Shown here: positions 18,107-26,391 of the stretch, piece after piece
Layout: every line of letters starts with the position of its first letter
Position numbering within the stretch: position 1 is the first letter of the stretch
IMG/VR virus record: IMGVR_UViG_3300044724_011066
Location: 1 to 28,302 of that record
Reading direction: 5' to 3' (one strand)
DNA: 28,302 nt
From: a virus
Lineage: Duplodnaviria; Caudoviricetes
Notes under the pieces: generated by a model
The model's input: the letters and a program-made list of their open reading frames with translations, nothing else
Database searches by the model: none
Told to the model about the DNA's origin: nothing
Position numbers and translations under genes: made by a program

Positions 18107-19016
18107 AATTATTTACCTTATCGATAATATATTTAATTTCTTTATTTTTTAATTTTTCATGAAAAGGTATACTAATTGTTGTTTTTTCTTCTTTTTCAGA
18201 TTTTTCTAAAACTTTATCATTAACTTTGTATACTGAATTTAAATGACAAGCTGAATAATGTATACCAGTCTGAATACCTGCTTTATTGAGATAATTTATT
18301 AACATTTCTCTGTTGCTTACATTGATTCTATATAAATGGTTGCTTGTGTTTTCTAAATTAAAAGCAGAATTAAATTTATGTTTAATTGTTTCTAATTTTT
18401 TATTCTTTTTTTCTAGTTTTTTTAAATTTTCGTTAGCAATAAAACATTGAATAGAATTCATATACATTTTAAATCCAGGAAACTTAATTTTTCTTTCCCA
18501 GTTGTTTTTAGAATATGTCATTCCATTTAAACATGCTTCTTTTAACCATGTTATTTTTTCTAAATCATTTGAAACAATTATACCACCATCACAAGATCCA
18601 ATTGGTTTTGTTGGGTAGAAGCTAAATATCATTAAGTCATTATCATTTGCTTCCTTGATAAATTGATTTTTTTCAACTTTTTGGGCAGAATCTATTATTT
18701 TATAATCATCAAATTCATGAAGTATATATGAATCTCCTACCCAGCCAACATCATCAACAAAGTTAATTGAATTTCCGGAAGTTATTATTGCATTACAGAC
18801 AACTGGTGGTATGATTGATGGAATACTGATTGTAGTATTGTTATTTAAAAGTGAAAGAAAAATTGCATTTGTTGCACTACTAAAACTACAAGCGTATTTA
18901 GCGCCAACAAAATTACAAAAATTATTTTCAAATTCTTCTACAACAGTATCATGCAAAAAGTGATTAAAATTTTTAGTGTTAATTTTATAATTTGGTATGT
19001 TAAATAATTTAATCAT
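18090..19016 (-). CDS. DegT/DnrJ/EryC1/StrS family PLP-dependent sugar aminotransferase (FdtB/QdtB-like), compact
   Basis: VEEFENNFCNFVGAKYA..SSATNAI, IIDSAQ, FSFYPTKPIGSCDGGIIV, GIQTGIHY and ISIPFH. Confidence 0.9.
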   Translation of the reverse strand: MIKLFNIPNYKINTKNFNHFLHDTVVEEFENNFCNFVGAKYACSFSSATNAIFLSLLNNNTTISIPSIIPPVVCNAIITSGNSINFVDDVGWVGDSYILHEFDDYKIIDSAQKVEKNQFIKEANDNDLMIFSFYPTKPIGSCDGGIIVSNDLEKITWLKEACLNGMTYSKNNWERKIKFPGFKMYMNSIQCFIANENLKKLEKKNKKLETIKHKFNSAFNLENTSNHLYRINVSNREMLINYLNKAGIQTGIHYSACHLNSVYKVNDKVLEKSEKEEKTTISIPFHEKLKNKEIKYIIDKVNNYADFC

Positions 19017-19866
19017 AAGTTATAAAGTGTTTTATTATTTTTTTTGTTTCATATCCTTGAAAATGAATACAATTAAATCTTATTAGTTTACCTAAAAAAA
19101 GATTCTCTGAATATGGAAGTTTATTCTTCCAAATAAATTTTTTAATATTATTTTCAGTTTTAAACATGTTAGATTCATTAATATTGTGATCAAACACAGT
19201 CTCCCCATCCATACCGAATGTCGACAGTTCCCCAATCATAGTTGGTTCATCGTGGCTTCTTAAGATATTCCAAAATGTCATATCACAAACACCACCAGGT
19301 AAGTTATGTTGTAAGCGAATATTAAAATCATTAATAGTTTTTTTTGATATATAAGAAAAAGAAAACTTATTTTTAAATAATAAATTTTGTTGTGAGGGGC
19401 AGTAGAAGCCATCAACTAAGTTTAAATAATCATCAAAAACTTTTATATCAGTAATATATAAAATACCAGCTGATTTATTGCAAGTCAATGAATAACGAAA
19501 ATTATTAAATTTTTTTAATTCTTTATTTAACTTGCAATATATCAAAACATCAGAATCTAAATAAAATGTATTTTTTATTTCTTTTATTCTACAAAGATTT
19601 CTTATTAGAAACCATCTTAAAATACATATTTTTTCAAACTCAGCATTATTAGTACTATAATTTTTAAAATTATTTAAAAAATTATATGTTTGTTTGCAGT
19701 AAAGACTTTCCATTTCATAAAAATGCGTTAACTCTTTAGCTTGCTCTGGTACATTTTTTCCAATTAAATATACTTTTAAATCTGGATTGTGATGTAATAA
19801 CTGTTTGATTGAATGTGTTAAATAATCATCTTGACCTATGTGAAAATAAACTACTTCTTTTAGCAT
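19009..19866 (-). CDS. Putative glycosyltransferase (divergent GT-A / nucleotide-diphospho-sugar transferase fold)
   Basis: CILRWF, FYLDSDVLIY (DxD after a hydrophobic strand), CDMT and IHFQG; inside the sugar locus. Confidence 0.6.
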   Translation of the reverse strand: MLKEVVYFHIGQDDYLTHSIKQLLHHNPDLKVYLIGKNVPEQAKELTHFYEMESLYCKQTYNFLNNFKNYSTNNAEFEKICILRWFLIRNLCRIKEIKNTFYLDSDVLIYCKLNKELKKFNNFRYSLTCNKSAGILYITDIKVFDDYLNLVDGFYCPSQQNLLFKNKFSFSYISKKTINDFNIRLQHNLPGGVCDMTFWNILRSHDEPTMIGELSTFGMDGETVFDHNINESNMFKTENNIKKFIWKNKLPYSENLFLGKLIRFNCIHFQGYETKKIIKHFITYD

Positions 19867-20477
19867 TCTTTTTTACTCAATAAAAATGTTTTTTTAGTAT
19901 TATTATTTTTAAATGAATTAATATTTAAATTAATTTTAAAATTATTAAAAGTTATTAATTTTTCAAAATCACTAATATTAATAAATGTATTAATTGTTGT
20001 TAAGCCGCCATATGTTTTATAATCTCTTAAAAAAGAATTTTTTTCTGTCATATCTTGCCTATGAATAATAATAAATTTCTTTGCGTTTAATAAAATTTTA
20101 GATAATATAACATACCAATTTGGTACTTCACTTAAAAAACTATTCATGATAATAATATCATAATTTTTTAAAAAATCAAAACTATTTTCATTAGCATCAA
20201 AATAAAAATAATTATTTTGTGGATTTTTTATTTTTGCAACTTTATCAATAACGTGTGGTAAGTCGGCGCCGGTGTAATCATGATCACTCATTACTCTACC
20301 TAATTCCCCAGCACCACATCCTAAATCTAAAATGCTATATTTTTTACTTTCTATTTCAATTAACTTATTTAGACATTTTTTAAAACTTGAAAAGTGATCG
20401 CTGTCTTCAAGCTTGCCAAAATTTGAAGCAACCATTGCGTTCGTAATATTTTTTTTATTATACCAGGCTGTTTTCAT
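19860..20477 (-). CDS. Class I SAM-dependent methyltransferase
   Basis: SILDLGCGAG motif I, YTGAD and YDIIIMNSFL. Confidence 0.85.
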   Translation of the reverse strand: MKTAWYNKKNITNAMVASNFGKLEDSDHFSSFKKCLNKLIEIESKKYSILDLGCGAGELGRVMSDHDYTGADLPHVIDKVAKIKNPQNNYFYFDANENSFDFLKNYDIIIMNSFLSEVPNWYVILSKILLNAKKFIIIHRQDMTEKNSFLRDYKTYGGLTTINTFINISDFEKLITFNNFKINLNINSFKNNNTKKTFLLSKKEC

Positions 20478-21369
20478 GCTCTAACTCGTTATTTAGTCTT
20501 CTCGTTAATGATAATAGGTTTTTTTGTATTGCTTCTGGATGGATCCCCGCAAAAGGAGCAGTGAAACACTCCCCTCTAAATTGTTGTTTGAACTCATGTA
20601 CACCTAGATACTGTTTTTCAATTTGATATTTTTGCACCTCAGAGGCATTCATCCAAGGCAGGTATACTTGTTCAAAGTATCCATCGATGCATTTGTCACG
20701 AGAGACTTTTGCTTTATAATATTCTATTTTATTCTTTACTTGTTTTGGAAAAACATAAGAGTAATGATACATCTCAACACCTGTTTCTTTATAAAACACA
20801 TCACTATTAATATGCTTCTTTTGAATATCTTTAGGGTACTTTATTGTTGGCGGTCTATGTGTAAGCCAGGTACTCCCAGGTGTAACTTTGAATATTCTTA
20901 AAAAATTGTCTGTATTTAGTTCAAAGCCAGTTAGATAGTTATTAAACCCTCCATAAAAACTTTTACTTCTCACGCCAACACTAGTTGGATTGTTTTCTTT
21001 AAGGAAGTTTATTGTTTTTTCTATATCATTTTTTTTATAAACTTCATCGCTATCTAAATTCCAGACATAGTCTATATCTGAATTTAAATATTGCATGTAT
21101 GCATTACATTGTTCATCCTTTTCTGAAAACTGACCATGAGCAATTCTTATTTTATTTTCCGAATCTTCAAAATTATCGATAATTTCATTTGTTTTGTCAG
21201 TTGATGTTTTGCGTCCTTTATTCTGCCAAAAATCAACCGGCCCTTCTGATATCAGAATTTGACTAGCATAAGGGTATACTTGTTCTAGACACTCTTGCAG
21301 AACATAGTCCCCTTCAAAAACAATCATTCCAAAAGCAATTTTTAACATCCTACAAATCCTTTTAGGCAC
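20458..21369 (-). CDS. Putative GT2-like glycosyltransferase
   Basis: MIVFEG..L..CLE, ILISEG, STDKT, EKDEQCN and YVWNLDSDEVY; likely true start is ATG 21348 (MLKIAFG). Confidence 0.72.
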   Translation of the reverse strand: MPKRICRMLKIAFGMIVFEGDYVLQECLEQVYPYASQILISEGPVDFWQNKGRKTSTDKTNEIIDNFEDSENKIRIAHGQFSEKDEQCNAYMQYLNSDIDYVWNLDSDEVYKKNDIEKTINFLKENNPTSVGVRSKSFYGGFNNYLTGFELNTDNFLRIFKVTPGSTWLTHRPPTIKYPKDIQKKHINSDVFYKETGVEMYHYSYVFPKQVKNKIEYYKAKVSRDKCIDGYFEQVYLPWMNASEVQKYQIEKQYLGVHEFKQQFRGECFTAPFAGIHPEAIQKNLLSLTRRLNNELEHENSLV

Positions 21370-22223
21370 TGGAAATATTCATCTGCAATGTTTTGTATAA
21401 ACTTATTTGGCGCCACTTTAAAACCGTGCCTAGGGGCTAGTTCGTATGAACTGCCAACTATTTTAAAATTTGAAAAGTGACAATAAACTAATTCTTGTTC
21501 CATGTTGTTCCAAATTATTTTTTCTTTTTTATATTGATGAAAATTAAAATTCCATGGGGCCAGGTGGCCAATTGATTTATCTAAAACACTCACGCCTTTA
21601 AATAATTTTGAAAAAAGCTCTAAATACTTTTGATCTCCACAGGAGCTGTGTGTTTTATAGAATTGATGGTCTGTTGTTAGGAGGCAGTTTTTCCACCATG
21701 TGCAGCATTTGTATCCTTCAAAATTGTTTTTAAAATAAACTATACCAACATTATACCTGCCGTTAACGGGATTATACGGACATCGGTGTTCTACTATCCC
21801 AATATTAACTCCACTATTGTCAAGCTTGTCGTAAAGTGTGTTTAAATTTTTATAGAAATAAATATCTGCATCAATATATAAAATATCTTTTAAATTTAAA
21901 TTTTCTAAACACCACCAAGAAAAATAAGCTGATAAAGACCAAATAAATTGTAGTTTTTTTGCTTTATTTTGATCTCCACCACTATTAATTAATGCTTCTC
22001 GGGATGGTGGGTTGTTTTCGGACGCACGTAGTGTTTTATCTTTTTCTTTTAGTTCTTTAATATTATAGCAAATAATATTTTTATTATTAATTTTACTTGC
22101 TATAATATCATCTAAGCACAAAAGATGGATTTTAAAGTCTTCTCCAACTTTTGTTAAAGAAGACTCTAGGGCGCTCACTCTATCATAGAAATTACTATCT
22201 GCTACAGTACAAAAGTTTTTCAT
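21342..22223 (-). CDS. Putative glycosyltransferase (GT-A, GT8/nucleotide-diphospho-sugar transferase-like)
   Basis: FCTVADSNF, ILYIDADIYFY, YNVGIVYF, WWKNC, GDQKYLE, LAPWN and HFS. Confidence 0.75.
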   Translation of the reverse strand: MKNFCTVADSNFYDRVSALESSLTKVGEDFKIHLLCLDDIIASKINNKNIICYNIKELKEKDKTLRASENNPPSREALINSGGDQNKAKKLQFIWSLSAYFSWWCLENLNLKDILYIDADIYFYKNLNTLYDKLDNSGVNIGIVEHRCPYNPVNGRYNVGIVYFKNNFEGYKCCTWWKNCLLTTDHQFYKTHSSCGDQKYLELFSKLFKGVSVLDKSIGHLAPWNFNFHQYKKEKIIWNNMEQELVYCHFSNFKIVGSSYELAPRHGFKVAPNKFIQNIADEYFQCLKGFVGC

Positions 22224-23122
22224 TTTATAAATTTATGTAAATTATTTTTATTATTATATTTAAAATGAAAATTTGTTTCTAATAGCTTATTGAAATTTAT
22301 TGAGTATCTTATATCTTGGCCAAGCCTATTTGGTACAAAACTAATATTCTTTTGGTAATCTACAATATCAAACCAGCTTGAAACTATTTTTACAACTTCT
22401 AAATTAGTTAAATGGTTATTGGCGCCGATGTTAAATGTAGAATTTTTATAATCATTAACTATTAAATGGTATATTGCTTCAACATTATCTTTGACATTAA
22501 TCCAGTCCCTAATATAACTTCCATCACCATGTAATGGGATTTTTTTATTTTCTTTCAAACTTGAAATAATCTTTGGTATTAATTTTTCATTATATTGTCT
22601 TAACCCATAGTTATTTGAACTTCTAGTGATTAAGTAATCAATACCAAATGTTTTATTGTATGATAGAACAAACATTTCTGCGGCTGCTTTCGAAGCAGAG
22701 TAAGGGTTCCCTGGGTTTAAAACGCTGTCTTCTTTAAAACTTTCATCTCTAATGTCTCCATAGACCTCGTCTGTGCTTATCTGTACAAATAGTGGCCTTT
22801 CATAGACTTTTCCTCTTATTAGCTCAAGTAAATTAAAGACTCCCTTTGAGTTAGATTTAAAAAATTCTTTTGGAGACTCAATTGAATTATCAACGTGAGA
22901 TTCTGCTGCAAAATTGACCACCACGTCACAAGGTGGGAGGTGAGTTATGTTTGAGATATCTTCAACAATTAATTTATAATTTTTATTATTATCCCATGGC
23001 AATTCATCGAAAGCAGCATAGGTCATTTTGTCAATATCAATGACCTGGTGTCCGTTTTCTAGCAAAAGCTCAACAAAATGGCTGCCTATAAATCCACGAC
23101 CACCGGTTACAACAAATTTCAT
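22220..23122 (-). CDS. rfbB: dTDP-glucose 4,6-dehydratase
   Basis: VTGGRGFIGSHF, DKMTYAA, NFAAESHVDNSI, ISTDEVYGD, NPYSASKAA, TRSSNNYG.RQ..EKLIP and GDGSYIRDW. Confidence 0.93.
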   Translation of the reverse strand: MKFVVTGGRGFIGSHFVELLLENGHQVIDIDKMTYAAFDELPWDNNKNYKLIVEDISNITHLPPCDVVVNFAAESHVDNSIESPKEFFKSNSKGVFNLLELIRGKVYERPLFVQISTDEVYGDIRDESFKEDSVLNPGNPYSASKAAAEMFVLSYNKTFGIDYLITRSSNNYGLRQYNEKLIPKIISSLKENKKIPLHGDGSYIRDWINVKDNVEAIYHLIVNDYKNSTFNIGANNHLTNLEVVKIVSSWFDIVDYQKNISFVPNRLGQDIRYSINFNKLLETNFHFKYNNKNNLHKFIK

Positions 23123-25131
23123 TACATTTCCTCTAATAATTTTGCTTGATATTTTCTAAAAATCTTAAACTCTTCTTCTTGTTTCCAAGAATCATTGTCA
23201 GGATTTGTAGAGATTCCTTGCGGATTAAAATAATAAACTCCTAAAATGCTCGGAGTTTTAACAAATTTTTCTCCTTCAAAAGTACAACGAAGCCAAAACT
23301 CCCAGTCGCCGGCAGAACGATAAGAGTCATTAAAATTACCGTGTTTCTCATGTAAGCTGCTGCGCCACATTGGATTGTTGTGCGGTAAGTTCCCTCTTAA
23401 CATTGCTTCTTTTGAAAACTGTTCAAAATTATAGCGTTGGGTCTTATCTTTTATGTCTTCCCACATAACATTTGCCTCTTGAACTACATAAGAATCATTA
23501 TAAACTAATGATGCATCCGAATTCAATAAAAGCATTTTTGCTTGAATCTCTAAAGCATTAGGCGCTCGTCTGTCATCACAGTTCATATTGGTAATAAAAT
23601 CTCCAGAAGATAATTCTATTGCTTTATTCCAAACCCCGTATACTCCAGGATCTTCATCAAGTCTTTGATAGATGATGTTGTCTGGGTACCTTTCTACAAA
23701 CGCTTGGATTATTTCATGCTCCTTATCCCCTTCCGGATTAACGTTTATGATCACCCACTCACAGTTGGTATTGAAGATGGTCTGCCTAGTTACATCTTCC
23801 ATTAGTTGCTCGATATGATCTGCAGCGTTAAAGACAGAGGTTATAAGTGAGATCTTCGGAAGTGCACTAATGTCGATCTTTTCAAGTTCTTGTGTGACCT
23901 CATCGGTTAGGCTGAAATGACTCATGAAGTGGTCAAACACCTCTTCTTCGGCGGGCCATTCTTTTTCAAGCCATTCTGCCAGCTGGTTTGCTTTCTTTTG
24001 CATTGCGCCGTGATTCTCCATCATTGAGCGCATCTTCATCTTAAATGAGCCTTCCTTTGGAAAACACCACATAGAATCAGGAATGATAACTTTATCCCAT
24101 ACAACTTCTTTCTGGACATGGCGAAGTTCATAATCTACCTTAAGCGGAATGAACTTGTTTTTTCCCTTTACAGGCATCGTCAAGAAGTCGGTATGCCCTG
24201 ACCAAGCCGGTGCGATGATGGGAAGGCCTGCTTGTGCTGCCTCGAATAGCGGAAGCCCATAGCCCTCACCGTGAGTTGTTGTGATAAAGGCGTGAATGTC
24301 CTTGTGTCGATAAAGGAGCGCCATCTCCTCTTCTGTCATATAACCGTGAAGAAGATATACCTTACATTTCTTTTCTTTGTAATCTTCGTGATCTAGAAGT
24401 ACCTTGATCCTTTCAACACAATGAACCCGATCAATCTCGCAGTTCTTTGCTAGGTTGGTCTTTAGAACTAGGCCAACATTTTCACGATCAAAGTTTTCTT
24501 CGATAAACCACTTGACTAGGCTTTCTAGGTTCTTTCGTGGTCCCCATTGGGCAACTGAAAGAAAGTTAAAGTCTGTTTCGAAAGAGATTTGGTTTTCAAT
24601 TGATTCTGGGCTGTCTTTAAAGTCCCAATCTTTTCTTGGATAAGGAATAACTTCAATGGGTGTTTCGTTTTTGTAGCCCTTGACGATTTCTCCAGTTTGT
24701 TGGTTTTGTGCGTCATAAGAGGTTTCGTCAAAAGCATAACGAGCAAACTGAGATGGAACAATGATTTTATCCATCAAATTTGCCTTCTCAATCCATTCTC
24801 CCGCAATCTTTGTGGTTTCAATACCTGCGGTGACGCCAATGTTGATCGGGGCCATACGCTCCCATTCAAGAGGTATTGTGACCTGTATTGAGACGTCTGG
24901 CTGAGGCATTTGCTTTTGTTGCATTAGCATAGCTGTCTTTTGAATGAGTGAGTCAAGCCACGCTCGCTCCTCATCATCTTCAAAGATCCAGTTTGTCGCA
25001 CCCCAGCTGGTTGAAAGAAGGTAAAGATCTAGTTCTTCCTCTCTTGAACGAAGCGAGCGAAGAACCAAGCGTGTATGCTCTCCATAGCCTGATTGTGATA
25101 GCGCTGGGCCTCTAACTAATACCTTTTTCAT
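23122..25131 (-). CDS. Two-domain glycosyltransferase: N-terminal GT4 (GT-B) fused to C-terminal GT2 (GT-A)
   Basis: GT4 part: SGYG, RKNL and HGEGYGLPLFEAAQAGLPII. GT2 part from about residue 424: KISLITSVFN, GVYGVWNKAI..SSGDFITNMNCDD and AGDWEFWLR. Confidence 0.88.
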   Translation of the reverse strand: MKKVLVRGPALSQSGYGEHTRLVLRSLRSREEELDLYLLSTSWGATNWIFEDDEERAWLDSLIQKTAMLMQQKQMPQPDVSIQVTIPLEWERMAPINIGVTAGIETTKIAGEWIEKANLMDKIIVPSQFARYAFDETSYDAQNQQTGEIVKGYKNETPIEVIPYPRKDWDFKDSPESIENQISFETDFNFLSVAQWGPRKNLESLVKWFIEENFDRENVGLVLKTNLAKNCEIDRVHCVERIKVLLDHEDYKEKKCKVYLLHGYMTEEEMALLYRHKDIHAFITTTHGEGYGLPLFEAAQAGLPIIAPAWSGHTDFLTMPVKGKNKFIPLKVDYELRHVQKEVVWDKVIIPDSMWCFPKEGSFKMKMRSMMENHGAMQKKANQLAEWLEKEWPAEEEVFDHFMSHFSLTDEVTQELEKIDISALPKISLITSVFNAADHIEQLMEDVTRQTIFNTNCEWVIINVNPEGDKEHEIIQAFVERYPDNIIYQRLDEDPGVYGVWNKAIELSSGDFITNMNCDDRRAPNALEIQAKMLLLNSDASLVYNDSYVVQEANVMWEDIKDKTQRYNFEQFSKEAMLRGNLPHNNPMWRSSLHEKHGNFNDSYRSAGDWEFWLRCTFEGEKFVKTPSILGVYYFNPQGISTNPDNDSWKQEEEFKIFRKYQAKLLEEM

Positions 25132-26390
25132 ACTACCTCCTCAAATGTCCAAGTTGAATGATTTTTTCTGCTTTCCCAAGATCCATAACGATTATGAATG
25201 TCTTCTAGGAGTGTTGGCCATTTATCACAAAAGTCTTTAAAGTTATAGTTCTTTTGTACGTGCTCTCGACCAGCTTCACCAAGTGCTTTTCGTTCTTCTT
25301 CGGACATTTCCATAATCTTCGTGAGAGCCTCTATAAAGTCTTCCTTGTTGAGACGGTCCTCATAGATGTAAGGAATGTCTTGAGAGCCTATGATGGCCTT
25401 TGAGGACGGTTCTAGGCCTATTCCAAACCAGTTCTCGCCATCAGTTACTTGTTCTTGGAGCCCACCGGTCATATTTACAATGATTGGGGTTCCACAAGAA
25501 AGAGATTCAAGGGTTGCTAGGCCGAAACCTTCAGCATCTGAAATGTTGAGGGTGCAATCAACCATATTGTAAATGTTCGCAAGAATCTGCGGTGGATACT
25601 TTTGCTTTGAAAAGAATACTTGGCCATCTTCATGCATATCAAGCTTCTTTGCAATTGCTTCTAGATCTTGACCGTTTGGATCTTTTGGTTCTGTATGCAT
25701 GATAAGAGTTGCCTTGTCCTTTCCAACTCTTTCCAAAAACTCTTTAAACCAAAATAGTAGGGTACCTGACTGCTTTCGTCGTGCGTTTCGGTTGTTCCAA
25801 AAGAATACAAACTTTTCGTGGGACTCTCCTAGTTGTTCTTTCCTAAGATCTGATGTAGCTTCTGTTGGCATTGGCTTGAAGATGTCGCCATCAACTGCGT
25901 GTGGAACATAGTGAGATTCAACATCCGGCGCAACTTCTCGCACAATAGCATCTGTAACCTTTGAGATTGAACAAATAACATCATTTGAGTTATAGAACTT
26001 TTCATTATAATAGGGAGCTGGAAAGTTGTCCCATACGTGATAATAAACCATCGGCATTTGAGAGCGGATCTCGTCTTCTATTTCCCAAAGCCACCCAAAG
26101 AAACGTGGATCTGTCATAAACCACAAAAGGTCCGGTCGATGATTTCTCATAATCGACCGGACCACATCAGGTGTTCCAAACCCGTCAATCGGGTAAATAA
26201 CCCAATCATCGCCCCACTCCTCTGTTTTGATGGGGTCGTATTTTGGGTGTTTTATAGCACCACCAAGTGAAATAACTTGGAACTTTCCTGTTTTTAGAAG
26301 GGATTCTATTACATACTTTGTTTGAGTGCCAACACCAGACGGGGAAAGAGGCATGTCTGATATTGTTAGAATCTTAATCTTGTCTGTCAT
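25128..26390 (-). CDS. Glycosyltransferase family 4 (GT-B)
   Basis: ILTISD.P..PSGVG, HAVD..IFKP, NRNARRKQ and SDAEGFGLATLESLSCGTPII. Likely start is ATG 26390, directly after the nuclease stop (the track extends to 26426). Confidence 0.9.
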   Translation of the reverse strand: MTDKIKILTISDMPLSPSGVGTQTKYVIESLLKTGKFQVISLGGAIKHPKYDPIKTEEWGDDWVIYPIDGFGTPDVVRSIMRNHRPDLLWFMTDPRFFGWLWEIEDEIRSQMPMVYYHVWDNFPAPYYNEKFYNSNDVICSISKVTDAIVREVAPDVESHYVPHAVDGDIFKPMPTEATSDLRKEQLGESHEKFVFFWNNRNARRKQSGTLLFWFKEFLERVGKDKATLIMHTEPKDPNGQDLEAIAKKLDMHEDGQVFFSKQKYPPQILANIYNMVDCTLNISDAEGFGLATLESLSCGTPIIVNMTGGLQEQVTDGENWFGIGLEPSSKAIIGSQDIPYIYEDRLNKEDFIEALTKIMEMSEEERKALGEAGREHVQKNYNFKDFCDKWPTLLEDIHNRYGSWESRKNHSTWTFEEVV

Positions 26391-26391
26391 T

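Noticed and set aside
15216-26390. Interpretation as an ordinary bacterial O-antigen/capsule locus next to a prophage or contractile injection system
   Set aside because: Both flanks are phage-type (gp55-like sigma and baseplate on one side; nuclease and PhoH on the other), genes are coupled across the junctions, and no export/polymerase genes, integrase or host housekeeping genes are visible.
15216-26390. Firm call as a DNA hypermodification (base glycosylation) cluster
   Set aside because: No hydroxymethylase, TET/JBP oxygenase or modified-nucleotide kinase is in the window; kept only as an alternative hypothesis.
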